From Octopus vulgaris (Eukaryota), in assembly GCA_951406725.2 (NCBI GenBank), contig OX597828.1, positions 24,180,001 to 24,244,000 of the forward strand: a DNA stretch of 64,000 nucleotides, read 5' to 3'. The first letter of the stretch is position 1; each line of letters begins with the position of its first letter. Made by a program: the position numbers and the translations under genes. The notes beneath the pieces were generated by a model. It had not been told where the DNA came from. It ran no database searches and saw only the letters and a program-made list of their open reading frames with translations. Positions 1-15,224 of the stretch are shown one piece after another.

Positions 1-961
1 GTGGAAACAGCTCCCAGATCTGGTCGCCCCCTTCTGCCATTGATGAGGCATCTGTCCGTCAAGTTGAGGCTGCCATTTTGGAAGATCGACGCATAACTAT
101 TCGCCAAATAGCCCATGAGGTCAAGTTTAGTACCGGGTCTGTGGAAACTATCATTCATGACCATTTGCATATGCAAAAGGTGTCTGCCAGATGGATTCCC
201 AGGCTGCTCACACCTTTCCAGAAGCAAGATCGCGTCGAGTGCTCGAGGATGAATTTGGAGATGTGCCAAGAAGATGAGTCAAAATTTTTCAAAAGACTGA
301 TTACACAGGATGAAACCTGGGTCCATCACTATGATCCAGAGACCAAAGCCCAGTCAATGCAGTGGAAGCACCGTGACTCACCTCCTCCAAAGAAGGCAAG
401 GGTGCAGCCCTCCGCTGGCAAGGTCATGCTCAGTCTTCTGGGACCAGGACGGAGTAGTGATGACAGATTTCCTGGCAAAGGGTACCACAATTACAGGAGC
501 CTATTATGCTTCACTTTTGAGGAAATTAAGAGAAGCTATCAAAATCAAGAGGCGGGGCAAGATCAGCAAAGGCATCCTCCTCCTGCAGGACAACGCCCGG
601 TCTACAACTCGCGTGTCGTCAGATCAGAAGCACAGGCGTGCGGCTATGAACTCCTCCCCCATCCCCCTACTCTCCTGACCTTGCACCCTCTGATTTTCAC
701 CTCTTCCCAGCCATGAATTTGTTTTTGAAAGGAAAGCGTTTCCCAGATGATGCAGCCTTGATTTCTGAAGTCACATCGTGGTCAGAGGACCAAGCTAGGG
801 TCTTCTACAAAAACGGTCTCCAGAGTTGCATCAAACGATGGGAGAAATGTATAACTCTGAGTGGTTCCTATGTAGAAAATGACTAATAACTGTGCCAAGT
901 TGCGTTGCTCTACTGCTATGGGAAGTGGGTCAGGGGCATTACTTATTGAACGCCCCTCGTA
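1..961 (+). mobile_element. Mariner (DD34D) DNA transposon, 5'-truncated by the window edge; frameshifted transposase and right TIR
   Basis: Translation gives WIPRLL, ITQDETWVHHYDPE, SAGKVM, then after frameshifts VFWDQDGVV...LLQDNA and PYSPDLAPSDFHLFP, ending KRWEKCI..GSYVEND* near 886. Terminal ACTTATTGAACGCCCCTCGTA (941-961) is a typical mariner TIR ending in TA. Confidence 0.95.
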
Positions 962-2130
<1,169 letters not shown>

Positions 2131-2492
2131 TTAAATCAGTAAAATTGCAGATTTGTTAACGCGTCTGACAAAATGCCGAACGACACTTCCAACAGCACTT
2201 CATGTTCTGAATTCGACTTCGTCTTTGAGCCTTTCCGTGCCGCTCCCTTTGAAAGTGCTGCTCTTTTGTAATCACCACAACCAACACTACCACCGCGACC
2301 ATCACCATCAGTAACAACGGCAGCTGCAGTATTGTCGTGGTTAATCATCTGTAACATTCAGGTCTCAGTGGTAATCCTCACCCAGATCATCGCCCCAGTC
2401 AAAGGCGGCTGCGATGTTATTTTATGTCGAGAACGAAATCACTATGAGATGCAGCGTCTTCGAACTCCTCGGTCCCTTCATCATCATCATCG

Positions 2493-2579
2493 TCGTTGTC
2501 GTCGTCGTCATCATCATCATCTGTATCATCATTATCATAATGATGATACAGATGATGATGATGACGACGACGACAACGA
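2493..2579. repeat. Perfect 43-bp-arm palindrome with 1-nt spacer
   Basis: 2493-2535 is the exact reverse complement of 2537-2579. Confidence 0.93.
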
Positions 2580-3429
2580 TTATAGCATCATAATCTTCGC
2601 TATAATTCGTCAACATCATCACCATCATAATCCTCGGCAACAGTAGTAATTTTACTGTGGTGGTGGTGGTATTGGTGGTGGTGGTGGTGGTGGTGGTAGT
2701 GGTGGTGATGCTGGTGTCCTCATGTTAGTGGTATAAATGGCAATGGTGTTCGTACAATGGCGCTGGTGTCTTCATGTTGGTGGTATGACTGGCAATGGTG
2801 TTCGTACTGAAGGTGGTAGGGATGGTAGGGGTGGCTGTTGTTGTGGTGGTGGTGATGGAGATAGTGGTGTAGTGTTAGTGTTGGTGGTGGTGGTATTAGT
2901 ATTTAAGGGGTGGCCAAGAGTATAAAAATAGTAAGAAATAGAAGTTGCTCTGGTAGTGTTGGTGTTGGTGTTGGTGGCGGTTATGTGTAAAACAAATTTG
3001 TAAAGTGTTTACGTCATCACATTCTACTTCACTTAATAACCGACAATCACGTGACACGATATCGATCTCACATCGATTTTACTGAATAGGCTGTAATCTC
3101 GATTAAAATGGAAATCCATTGGCTTAAAACTACGCATGGAATCGAAGAAGCGACATTGGCAAACTGGCATGGAATAAATATATTCAATAGCGAGTGTGAG
3201 TGAGGGGAGGGAGAGAGACAAATATCCGAGTGGAGCTGCAGTCAGAGATAGATAGAGAGATAGATAGATAGATAGATAGATAGACAGACAGACATATATG
3301 TACGTATGTATTTATAAGATAATGGTGTCAATGAAACACATACGCACATGTATACCTACGAGTGAGGGTATGCATGTATGCATACATGTGGGTATATGTA
3401 AACATTTATACACATGCAAAATTTAGATA

Positions 3430-3890
3430 ACTGCAAATGCAGGAACGATGATACATGAGGTTTTATTTGTAACTTATCTCTATAAGTTATTTGATAAATG
3501 TATATACATCTTCACATAAATATTTTCTCTGAATAATTAACACTGCTATTTCCTTAATTCTTAATTCTTCATATATCTGCCTCACAATTAAAAGCTACTA
3601 CTACACCTAGTACTTCTGCCTCTTAACACCCCTATTCCTCTATCATTTATACTATAATACCTTTCTCTCTCTATCCACACTCCTACTCTCAAACTACCTC
3701 CATAGACCACTGACCAACCTATATCTTAATTTTTCTTTTTTCTTTTCCTTATTCTCTTTATTCATATCTTCAGGGATTTGATTCTTTATTTTGTTTTTAC
3801 TAATCTTCTTTCTTCTTTCACTTTAATTCTTTCTTTCTCTCCTCCTTTTATCTCTCTATTTTTGTTTTCTTTCTTTTCTTTGTCATTCCT
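3430..3890 (+). mobile_element. Probable Penelope-like element 3' remnant (pyrimidine-rich tail)
   Basis: C/T-rich tract sharing AGACCACT and CCTATATCTTAATTTT with the tail of the PLE at about 61530-61570. Confidence 0.35.
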
Positions 3891-3894
3891 CTCT

Positions 3895-4718
3895 TCATGT
3901 GTCGGAAGGAACAGTCAGAAATGTTGTCCGCGAAGACATCAGATATAAGTCTTATATGATGAGGAAAGGTCAATTTGTCAGAAAAAGCCAAAGAAAATCA
4001 CTACATCAGATCTAAAGGATTCTTAAACAAACTGAAAAATCCAGTAGAAGATTTGATTTGTTTTTTCTCAAACCAGAAAAACTTCGACGAAGATCCAAAA
4101 ATTAACAAAAGAAATGACAGATTATTATGTGCAGACTCTTCTGAAGTTCCAAGTATTTTGCATACAACATTTCCTGCAGCTGTCATGGTTTTAGGGGTTG
4201 TCAGCAATGAAGGACATGTGATGTCCTGGAAATAATTGTAAAGCCCAGAATATACAATGTATGTAATTGAATGCCATACGTGATTCAGTAAGACTCGGCA
4301 CTATCATACATGGTTCTAGTAACACAGGAACGGATGGATGAACGTCTTCATAATCACACAACCCCTAACATTTAGCCTCCTAATTCTTCAGATCTAAATT
4401 CATTGAACTGTTAAATGTGGAGCGTTGATGAGAGAGGTCAATGAAAACGCTCACAACAATAAATATTCTTTGCAAGCTGCCATAGTCAGAGTAATGTCCA
4501 AAATGAACCAGGACCACTTGATTCGAGCATGTAGAGGATTTAGACCTTTATATAGAAGCAGTTGTTGAACCTGAAGGTGACTTTATTGAGTAACAGTATA
4601 GAAAAGAAGGCTTATTTTTCTTCTAGCATTTTTGCTAAAAAGAATTTATTATCTGTTGTTATATATCTGTTTTTTTTCTGTAAACATGTCTGTCCTCAAA
4701 TATATTACGCATCCTGTA
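3895..4718 (+). mobile_element. Decayed Tc1/mariner (DD37D/maT-like) transposase fragment
   Basis: Frames give SEGTVRNVVREDIRYKSY, FFSNQKNF..INKRNDRLL..VMVLGVVSNEG, PNI*PPNSSDLNSL and RAC..F...[13 protein letters not shown]; ends ...CATCCTGTA (TIR-like). Confidence 0.85.
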
Positions 4719-4727
4719 TATATATAA

Positions 4728-4797
<70 letters not shown>

Positions 4798-5171
4798 ATA
4801 TATACATCCATACATACATATATATCTATATATATATATTTACATTTATATTTATGATATATATATATATATAATAGTAGGGAATATATTTTCAAACTTA
4901 CAGGAAAAAATTCAATTTAGCAATTCTAAATCGAATTTCATCAATATATGATATATGTATATAATTTAGAGAAAATAAATATAGCGTTAATATGGTGTCA
5001 ATAACGTCTTTCACTATTGAATTATAGAGTTTTTTTATCTAAATTATATATATATATATATATATATATCTGTATATAAATATCTATATACCTGTGTATA
5101 TAAATGCATATATATGTGTGTGTGTATGTGTGCGTGTATATATATATATGTGTGTATGTGTGTATATATAT

Positions 5172-5214
<43 letters not shown>

Positions 5215-5844
5215 TGTATGTAAACAGGTATACAGATATTTACAAATATGTGGATATCTATGCGTACGTGCCTTTATACGTGCGAGCGTTTATATTTCAG
5301 TCAATTCTGATATATAACAAAACGCGTGTCCTGTCCAACAATTATATCGAAATTGTCAATAATTTTAATCCACTCCATCACGTTCTGTGATCCAGAAGTG
5401 CTGCATTACGTAGTTGATGATCAATTCTGCATTCCTTCGTGGGGAACCATTGATAGTATGCAAATATATTAATAAATTCACTGAGGCAGAGGATTATCAA
5501 TATTAGTGGGAAGTGTAATTGGGTAATGAAGTTCACAGCTGTTTGTCGTAGTCGGTACTTAAAGATTAGATCTATGTTAATTTGAGCATAAATACATCGG
5601 TTTGCTTTTGTGATACTAATTTCAGTTATTTTTCTTTTTGTAGCAGTTCTGTGAAAAAAAGAATACTAACCCAGTTTATATACATTTGTATGTGTGTTGT
5701 TTTTGTGTGTATGTGTGTCTGCGTTTGTATGTATATTTGTATAAGTATGTGCATACATACTAATATATACATATATATTTACACACATGTATATATATAC
5801 ACATATACATATATATACATACATTTATACACACATATATATAT

Positions 5845-5875
<31 letters not shown>

Positions 5876-5897
5876 TATATATACATATATATATATA

Positions 5898-5995
5898 GGC
5901 GCAGGTATAGCTGTCTCGTAAGGAGTGTCTCGACCACATGGATCAGTCCTACTTCGTGGCACCTTGGGCAAGTGTTTTCTACTATAACCTCGGAC
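5898..5995 (+). mobile_element. 5' fragment of tRNA-derived SINE (family A)
   Basis: GGCGCAGG...GTGGCACCTTGGGCAAGTG matches the 53904 copy. Confidence 0.75.
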
Positions 5996-6658
5996 CATTC
6001 AGTAAACACACAGAACAACAGGTGGCTTGCCGTGTCCCCAAAACATGTACCGAGAATGATAAAAACCAAACATCCAATCAACATCATGTTGCTCGGAGTA
6101 ATATTCACTAATGATGCCGACTTCATGCCTCCATTCATCTTCCCAGACGTCCTCAGACTCAATACGGAGGTCTACATCAAGTGCAAGGAGGAGGAAGTGC
6201 AGCCTTGGGTCAAGAAGGTGGATACTGTAAGACCCTGTGTCTGGCAACTGGACTCTGAACCGTGCCACACAAGCAGGATAACGTAATGATGGCTGTCAGA
6301 CAAAATTTCTCCGACCACATCGCCCCTAACATCTGGTCACCTTACTCACCAGAGTGCAACCCACTTGATTATTATATGTGTGCGCAGTTGAGCGAGAGAC
6401 CAACAAGACTCCTTGTAATACCAAACGTGAACTGAAGGCAAAGATTATGGCAGCATTTACTAACTTAATGAAAGATATTCCGAAGTCGTTTGGAGGCCGT
6501 TGTTATAGCCAATGGTGATTTTATTGTATAAATTTACTTTAGTATATCAAATTATTTTCATATCATTTTGGTATGTATATCTGTTAAAATGAGATATCAA
6601 TGTTATTTTCATTTTTGCATAATTTAGATGACAATTATTTGTTCACTGGATCCTGTAT
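5996..6658 (+). mobile_element. Decayed DD37D (maT-like) transposase 3' half with right end
   Basis: NTQNNRWLA...MPPFIF...VWQLDSEPCH...IWSPYSPECNPLDY; 37 residues between the 2nd and 3rd Asp after correcting one frameshift; in-frame stops; ends GGATCCTGTA. Confidence 0.88.
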
Positions 6659-6686
6659 ATATATGTATATATATATATATATATAT

Positions 6687-6734
<48 letters not shown>

Positions 6735-6819
6735 GTATGTGTGTGTGTATGTGTTTGTGCGTGTGTCTGTATGAGGTATGTATGTATATATTTATGTATG
6801 TATGTATATATGCCACAAG

Positions 6820-6952
6820 TTTCTTTCAGGATCCATCGACCACATTCACTCACAAGGCTTTTATCTGCTCGTCCGCAGAAGTAATTTGCCTAGGTTCCAC
6901 GTAGTGGGACTGAACATAACCACGTTCTTCCTTCCAGAGAAATTTTGGCCAC
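6820..6952 (-). mobile_element. Degraded SINE family A fragment
   Basis: TTCACTCACAAGGCTTT...GTAGTGGGACTGAAC is the reverse complement of the family A head. Confidence 0.6.
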
Positions 6953-7511
6953 ACTGCAACATACGCGTGCGCACTCACTTTATATATAGCTATATCTGCA
7001 AGTATATATTTACGAAAGCATATTTCTATTCAAGCATGTATACAAATATAGACGTAATAATATAAATGAGATACATACCCTAATATAATATCCAAATCTA
7101 ATTGAACAGTTCATGCAAACAAACGACGTGCATATACATAAGCATTATCGTTTAAACATAAGCTTTAAACATACATATAAACACAATATAGTTATACAAA
7201 GAGCAAACGATTAGAATACGTGATATCTAAATGCAAGGGAAGAAGGAAAAAATATTTATCGCCATTCTTTTGTTAAGCATCAACATGTAGAGATGGATTA
7301 ATTAGATATTATCCGGAAGCTATAGCAGGACACGCCATTAGCTATGGTGTTAACAGAGGGATAATCAATGTATTCATCGATCTATTTATTAAAATAATAT
7401 ATATTGTAGATTCTATGATAGGGTTTTGTTGTTTCTTTTGGCCATACAGCTTTATCTGATTATCCTGTCGTATAATGTGAGTTTATATACATACATACAT
7501 ACATGCATACG

Positions 7512-7555
<44 letters not shown>

Positions 7556-7621
7556 TATAAATAAATATATAAAAATATTAATATATATATAAAAATATAA
7601 ATATATATATACATATATATA

Positions 7622-7950
7622 CATAAATATAAGGGGGGAATGTTTTAACCACTATGTGGAAACCCTTATGCTAGAAGAAGATCCGTTATGATCTCAACCA
7701 CTAAGAATTGTTCTCCAGAAAATTTAGCACACCAGAAACGTAAGCGTGTGCTAAATTTTCTGGAGGACAATTCCAAGTGGTTGAGACCATTGCGGATCTT
7801 CTTCTAGCATAAGGGTTTTCACATAGTGGTTAAAAATTCCTACTTATATTTATGCATGAAATACTATTTACTGATTCTCAGTTTTTTTATATGCTAGACC
7901 ACTGGTGTTAAAATTTATGTTATCAAATTAATATCCAATTTTCACCCTTA
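7622..7950. mobile_element. Fold-back element: about 110-bp inverted arms (7622-7732/7746-7854) plus flanking segment ending TTTTCACCCTTA; likely PLE-derived
   Basis: Arms pair by eye with scattered mismatches; loop CAGAAACGTAAGC; flank is reverse-complement-similar to the AAGGGTGAAA head at 62782. Confidence 0.75.
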
Positions 7951-8023
7951 TTTTGATTTTAATTTTATAAATAATATATAATGTATGTGTATATGCATAC
8001 ATATATGTACATACCTACAAATG

Positions 8024-8072
<49 letters not shown>

Positions 8073-8263
8073 GTATATATAGGCATACGACGTCAAAAAC
8101 ACGTTGACCACAATGAGAAACGAAAATATAAAAACAAAAACATAGAAAGCGGATTTGTTTCGAACAACGAAAAAAAACAAACAGAGAAACAAATGCAACA
8201 TAAAGAATATTCCCCTTCATCAGTTGTCCCTGCTTCATCTACTCCTCCTTTTCGAAGGTAAGG

Positions 8264-8323
<60 letters not shown>

Positions 8324-8984
8324 TTATGTATGTATGCATGTATTTACGTATGTATGTATGTGTGTATACAATTAAATACAGTCATCAAGAAGGAGTAGGT
8401 AATTCTCTAGTTTTACAATGGAATGCAAATTATATACATATATATATATATATATATATGCGTTTATACATACACATATGCTTACACACCTGCGTAAGTA
8501 TAATTATTAATACATATTACTGTGCTCATTTGTGGTTGGTGCGGGTGAGCACATGCGTAGAACTATATGTACCTACACACCCGGACAAAAATTATACATA
8601 TGATACCGCTACACATCTCACACACTCCACATCACATACCCCAACCCCACTACAGCACCACATTAACAATTCACACTTTCCCCACATCAGGATAACTCAA
8701 GCCGTATTCATGCCGCATACCCAATCAGGGCTCATAACTCTTAACCAAATGCCCTGGTCATTTTTCATTTCACAGCAACTGCTGAACGGTTGTGCTAGTT
8801 AATCTACCTTCGACAATTGAGAGCTGTCGCCATATCCCCTTTCATATCTGCTAACTCTGATGAGCGTAAAATTATAAAATCGGATTGTTACCTAACACTC
8901 CATTGTATTCTTTACGCCAAACCGATTAGTAAAATCAACCGTTATAGATATTTAATATTATACATTTCGTGTATAATACATTTC

Positions 8985-9067
<83 letters not shown>

Positions 9068-9758
9068 TGTACGTATGTATGAATGTATATATTCTTTGGA
9101 AAATAAGAAATTGTCGATCGCAGGATGGTTGCGAAGACAGCTTAGAAAGTCGATGCTTGTATTTGTGTATATGTGTATGTGTGTGTATGTATGTGCGAGT
9201 GTGTAGAGGGAGAGACAGACAGGCAGGCAGACAGGCTGGCAGACAGATAATTGATCAGATGGATAGAGAGATAACTATATAGATAGTTTTACATGGGGAG
9301 AAGTACATACATACATGAATGTATGTATGTAAATTGGACTAGTTTTATAAAAGAAATGGTTTTAATGTTTGAGTACTTTTGTATGTATGTATATATATAT
9401 ATATATATATATGCATGCATGTGTGTGTAAGTGTGTGTGTGTGTGTGTGTATACGTGTTTATTTGCGCACGTACCTACCTATGCGTGTATGTATCTGAAT
9501 CAGATATTCCCCCTCATATAATCAAGGAAAACCATAGATCAATATAAGAATCAAATCTCATAATACGTTTGAGTATCTTATAATTTATCTCTTATATTGA
9601 CCTTACTGATGTCCCAGATCGTTGAAAGTATTATTAAAATCCCATTAAAGGTCATATATATCACCTGAAGACAATTATGGCGATACTCTAACATTTCGGA
9701 CATTGGTACGATCAATGTAACCAGTATACTTACGAATATACAACTTTGCATATCCATA

Positions 9759-9843
<85 letters not shown>

Positions 9844-9949
9844 ATATATATATATATATGTATGCATGTATACATACATATATTTATATATGTGTATGTA
9901 TATGTATATATATGTATGTATATATATATATATGTATGTATATATATAC

Positions 9950-9992
<43 letters not shown>

Positions 9993-10478
9993 AGATGTAT
10001 GTATAATATATATATATATATATATATATGATATTTTTATGTTATATACATATATATATATATTAATATTGGGTTCCATGTTATGTTACAACAAAAAACA
10101 ATTTTACATTAGTCTTATAAGTTATTCTATATTTATGCTGACTAAAATTATAGTAATCTTAAAGACGGCTGCAGACTGTTGCTTAACTGGATGAAACTTC
10201 GATGTCACTTTCAAAGATATTCGTGTTTAAATGTAATATCCATGCAGATATGCACGTATATATATATATATATAATAGTTATCGCCATACTAATATGGCA
10301 TTCTTATAAAAATAAGAATAAAGCTGTCCGCTTATTAGCTCCATTATTTTCCGGGAACGCTGCCGTTGTTCTCTTTTAGAGAGACTTAGTAATTTTAATA
10401 TTTCTATTATATATATTTTAATATATCTATATATATATATATGTATGTGTGTGTTATATACATATATGTATAAGTATG

Positions 10479-10555
<77 letters not shown>

Positions 10556-12022
10556 TTACATACATATGTGTGTGTTTGTGTATATATATATACTGTACTG
10601 TTCCTTGATCATAAGATCAACAAAAAATGTGCTCCTTCAGGTATAGGTAGGATTTTCTAATCCTTCAAATGAAATTTAAATATATGTTTGCAACCGGTGA
10701 AAATTTCAGTAGTGAGTTGGAGATCTTCCATCTGAAATGGATCTGAGCCCTTTCAGCTAAGCATATATATATATATATATATACGTATATTATATACACA
10801 CACACATACACACACATACATACAGATGTATGATTTAAAAGCCTTGTGTCTGTTCTATCTAACATCTTAGTAAGCTGTATGGTCACTCGTCTTTAGTTAC
10901 ATCAAACGTTCTGTCACTTCTTGAGATAATACAGAGTGATTGGAAAGATGTGTATCTGCTCTTTCTAGCAAAGCTCTCAACCACATGGAGATTCTTGCGT
11001 TGACTCGACTAAAAATATCGTGACATAGTTGTGTTAGTCACTGAGTAATTGCGTTTTAAATTAGCTCAGAAAAAAAACCTTAAAAGACTTATATATTTGG
11101 CTTATTAACATTGAAACTGTATTCATCAATTTATGACTAACGAAAGAGAAAACTAGAATTGAAGAATAAGATCGTTAGTATAAAAGATCTCTAATAGAAT
11201 TTTTCTACATAGAATGATCAAAAGATATTTCGAAACATTAGCATCATTTATACAACGAAAACATTCTGAAAACCGTATTGAAAACGTACTGAAAACACAA
11301 CAGGATTTTCATATATGTCGCAATGTTTACACTACGCCAGATGATTGAACAGACGTATGAGAGCAGATTAGTTAGAGTAGGCGGATAGTAGGGGATCGGG
11401 GTGGGTGGTAAGTGCTTGTGTAGAGGGAGGAGCGGTAATCCATTAAGAATTTAGAATTTAATATTGTTTTGGAAAACACGAATATAGTTCTTGGTTGGCA
11501 GTTATTGATTCATTAAAGATAATGTGTCATCGAGATTATATATACAGAATTCAAGAAAATCTGCACTGTTGTCTTGTAACCATTCATTATAGGAGAATTA
11601 ACGAAAGACAGACAGGAAAGAAGAGAGGAAGTGAGACGATAAGAATTATGTACACACACAGATACACGCGCATACACACGCATACACACACATGTACGTA
11701 GACAGACATATGAATGTATATAAATATATACACGTATGTACGTATGTATATATATATATATATATATGTATGTATATATATTATATATACATACATATAT
11801 ATATGTACATGTATATATATATATGTTTATATAGACACGTATATACATATATATATGCATATGTATATATATACATGCATATATATGTGTATACATGTAT
11901 ATATAAAGATATATATACATATAGAAAGAGAGAGAGAGGGTTGGAAAGAGATAACTACATGCATGCATATCTAATTATGTGCATCTCTGTGTGTATATAT
12001 ATAAACATATGTATATATATGC

Positions 12023-12057
<35 letters not shown>

Positions 12058-12084
12058 CATATATATATACATATATATATACAT

Positions 12085-12115
<31 letters not shown>

Positions 12116-12118
12116 TAC

Positions 12119-12196
<78 letters not shown>

Positions 12197-12313
12197 GTAT
12201 GCTGCCATATATGAAGAGAAACTTAATTTGCCTGGTGTACTGTCGTGTTCCATATTTCCTATCCAACGGATACGATATTTTGCAATCGACATGCTATAAA
12301 TGCAGCAGCAGCA

Positions 12314-12830
<517 letters not shown>

Positions 12831-12833
12831 TTT

Positions 12834-12864
<31 letters not shown>

Positions 12865-13267
12865 TTAATAATAATATCATCATCATTATTATTATTATTA
12901 TTAATATCATCATTATTATTATTATGATTATTATTATTATTAATATTATTATTATTATTATCATTATTATTATTAGTGGTAGTGAGGTGAGGAAGAGGAA
13001 GAGGACGAGGAGGAGATGTTTTCGTTGATTATTGTATTGCATTGTTTTTTATTGCATTGTATGTAAATTACTGAATGTCTTTTTTTTGTAATTACCAGAC
13101 GCGAACTCAACGATTGTTCAGCGAAATGATATATGTATATGAAAATATGTATATGAAAATAAAATAGGATTTATACACTGACTCACGCACGCATTGATAC
13201 ACTCACACATCCATATATACTCGTGTTTGTGTAAACATTTACTTATATTTCTGCACATACGTGTGCA

Positions 13268-13495
13268 TGTGTGTGGATATATATACGCCATGATAGATCG
13301 TTAGCTCCTACACGCATTTTTTTCTCTCTTTGTTTCTCTCCTTGTTTTTTTCTGTGTATCTTTCTGTCGAAGAGCGTAGGCTCGAAACGTAAAAGACTTT
13401 TTCTATTTCTATTCCTGAGCGCTATACTAATACATTTGTTTGTTTGTACTCCACCTGCCTTTGTCTTTTGTTTATTTTCGTAACCTTTCTCGTTA
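13268..13495 (+). mobile_element. PLE-type terminal repeat module carrying an HHR-like motif
   Basis: Homologous to 13735-13900(-), 20815-20965(-) and 27690-27860(+). Confidence 0.7.
13359..13396 (+). ncRNA. Minimal type I hammerhead-like motif (variant core)
   Basis: TCTTT-CTGTCGA-A-GAGC(GTAG)GCTC-GAAA-CGT-A-AAAGA: 5-bp stem I, 4-bp stem II, ACGT palindromic stem III, GUA site; A6 of the core is replaced by T. Confidence 0.6.
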
Positions 13496-13734
13496 TATAT
13501 GTGGCCACATGATGTCATGAAATGTGTACAAAAAGAAATACGAAGTACGAGTACATAGAATATGAACTATTTTTTTGAACATCGAAAGAAAAAGACAAAT
13601 AGCATAAAGACCGACCCTTCATCAGGTGTTGGCTGTTTTCTACTCTCGTATTTGGAGCATTTAAAAACTGTTCGATAAAACAGTTGCTTCCGCAAATAAA
13701 ATTAAATAAAATTTGGGATTTGCTCAGAAAAACA

Positions 13735-14330
13735 AAAATTACGGAAAAACAAAATACGAAGACAGGTGTATTAGTTTAACGTTCGAGTAGGTGAGAAAAT
13801 CTTTTACGTTTCGAGCCTACGCTCTTTAACAGAAAGGAACACGAGGAAATAAACAGAGAGAAAATAAAATATCGTTTGGAGTTAGCGGTCAATCATAGCA
13901 GTTGGTTGGACAGAGGTAGTTAGACAGGAGAGCTAGGAAGAAAGGGCGATAAGAAAGTATTGGTGATCCCAAAAGGAAGGTGCACGTGCGTGTGCATGTG
14001 AAAGTGTGAGAGTGTAGATAGGGGCCGGTAACTTTGACGTGTAGATTTGTGCGTGTGTGTGTGCGTCTGTAATGTGTGTAGATGATGGTGTGGATGTTGG
14101 GTAGTGATCAGTGCCTGTGTGTGTGGAGTGGTGTGGTGATGTGTGGTGGTGTATGGTGTGGTGTGACGGTGTGACGGTGTTGGGGTGTCGTGATGTGAGG
14201 GTGGTGTGAGGATGTCGGAGAAGGAGTGGGGCTGCCGCCCACATCCAAATTGCTACGATGCTACGATGGATCTTGTGGTTGAAAGGGAGATGGGAAGAGG
14301 GGTAGAGATACTCGAAATAGAAGTGCATGT
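13735..14330 (-). mobile_element. PLE-like fragment with degenerate HHR motif (13801-13836), inverted relative to 13268-13495
   Basis: Reverse complement CTTT-CTGTTAA-AGAGCGTAGGCTCGAAACGTAAAAG; GT-rich body; weak YLYPSSHLP..HK resemblance to a PLE RT C-terminal segment. Confidence 0.55.
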
Positions 14331-15224
14331 TTAAATACATTTTTTAAAATTATTTTTAGATTCAACGCTGATCTTAATCAACATACTTGAAGACATGATT
14401 ACCACAAGCTCATACATATACAATGAATATTCAGATTCCTTCTTGAAATATCATTCACAGTCTTAAATCACTGGATCTATACTATTATTGTTCTTAATTT
14501 CCTGTAATATTACAAGGAAATGAATGCTTAACACGTTGCCTGCTCCAGTTCCACTATTCAGTATCATGGCTGCCATTATCAAAGCATGTAACAAGCATGT
14601 GAGGCAAGCTTCCGGTTTCGGCATAGTTATCTTCCCTCTTCTCTTTTCCCACTCTTGTTGGCACTGCAATGGATCATGATTACAGCGCTCATGTATGTAT
14701 TATTGTATTTGTTGCACATTCGTTGAGGATAGGAAAGACATATTTAGGATACACAATACACAGCCAGTCAAAGTGACGAAAAGAGATAGTAAAGACTCTT
14801 AACTCTTGGACTATGGTTCTTAACTCTTTGAGCACTGATCACCTTGACGTTATTTGTTCCTATGCCTGGGTTCCTATGCCATTTGTACCCGGTCTTGGCC
14901 AGCATGTATAATCCCACTTGATGCATGTGGAACCCCGTTTGGCGCCCCCATTTGGTATCGCCAGATTCATTATCCGAATCTTTTCAGCCATTACTGTATT
15001 TATTTCCTACACTACGCCTGTCATCCTTACTCACTGAGTAACATTTTTCGGCTTCTAATTCACTGAATTCATCGAATATGTCAAGCGTTTGCCTGACAGT
15101 GTATAGCATCTCGCACTTGCGTTTTGATGCTGACGAGGATCAAGGGCTAGAACTCGTTTCATTATAAAATTTCGGCACGAACATGCCGTCAAAACAAACT
15201 AACTGTGCGCAGTCACGTAACAGA

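Noticed and set aside
2136-2480. GC-richer unique segment with a 73-aa minus ORF, possible exon
   Set aside because: No recognisable domain, no convincing splice-site pair, stops in adjoining frames.
14800-15190. Possible piggyBac-like remnant (TTAA-CTCTT starts)
   Set aside because: No matching second end or transposase motif found.
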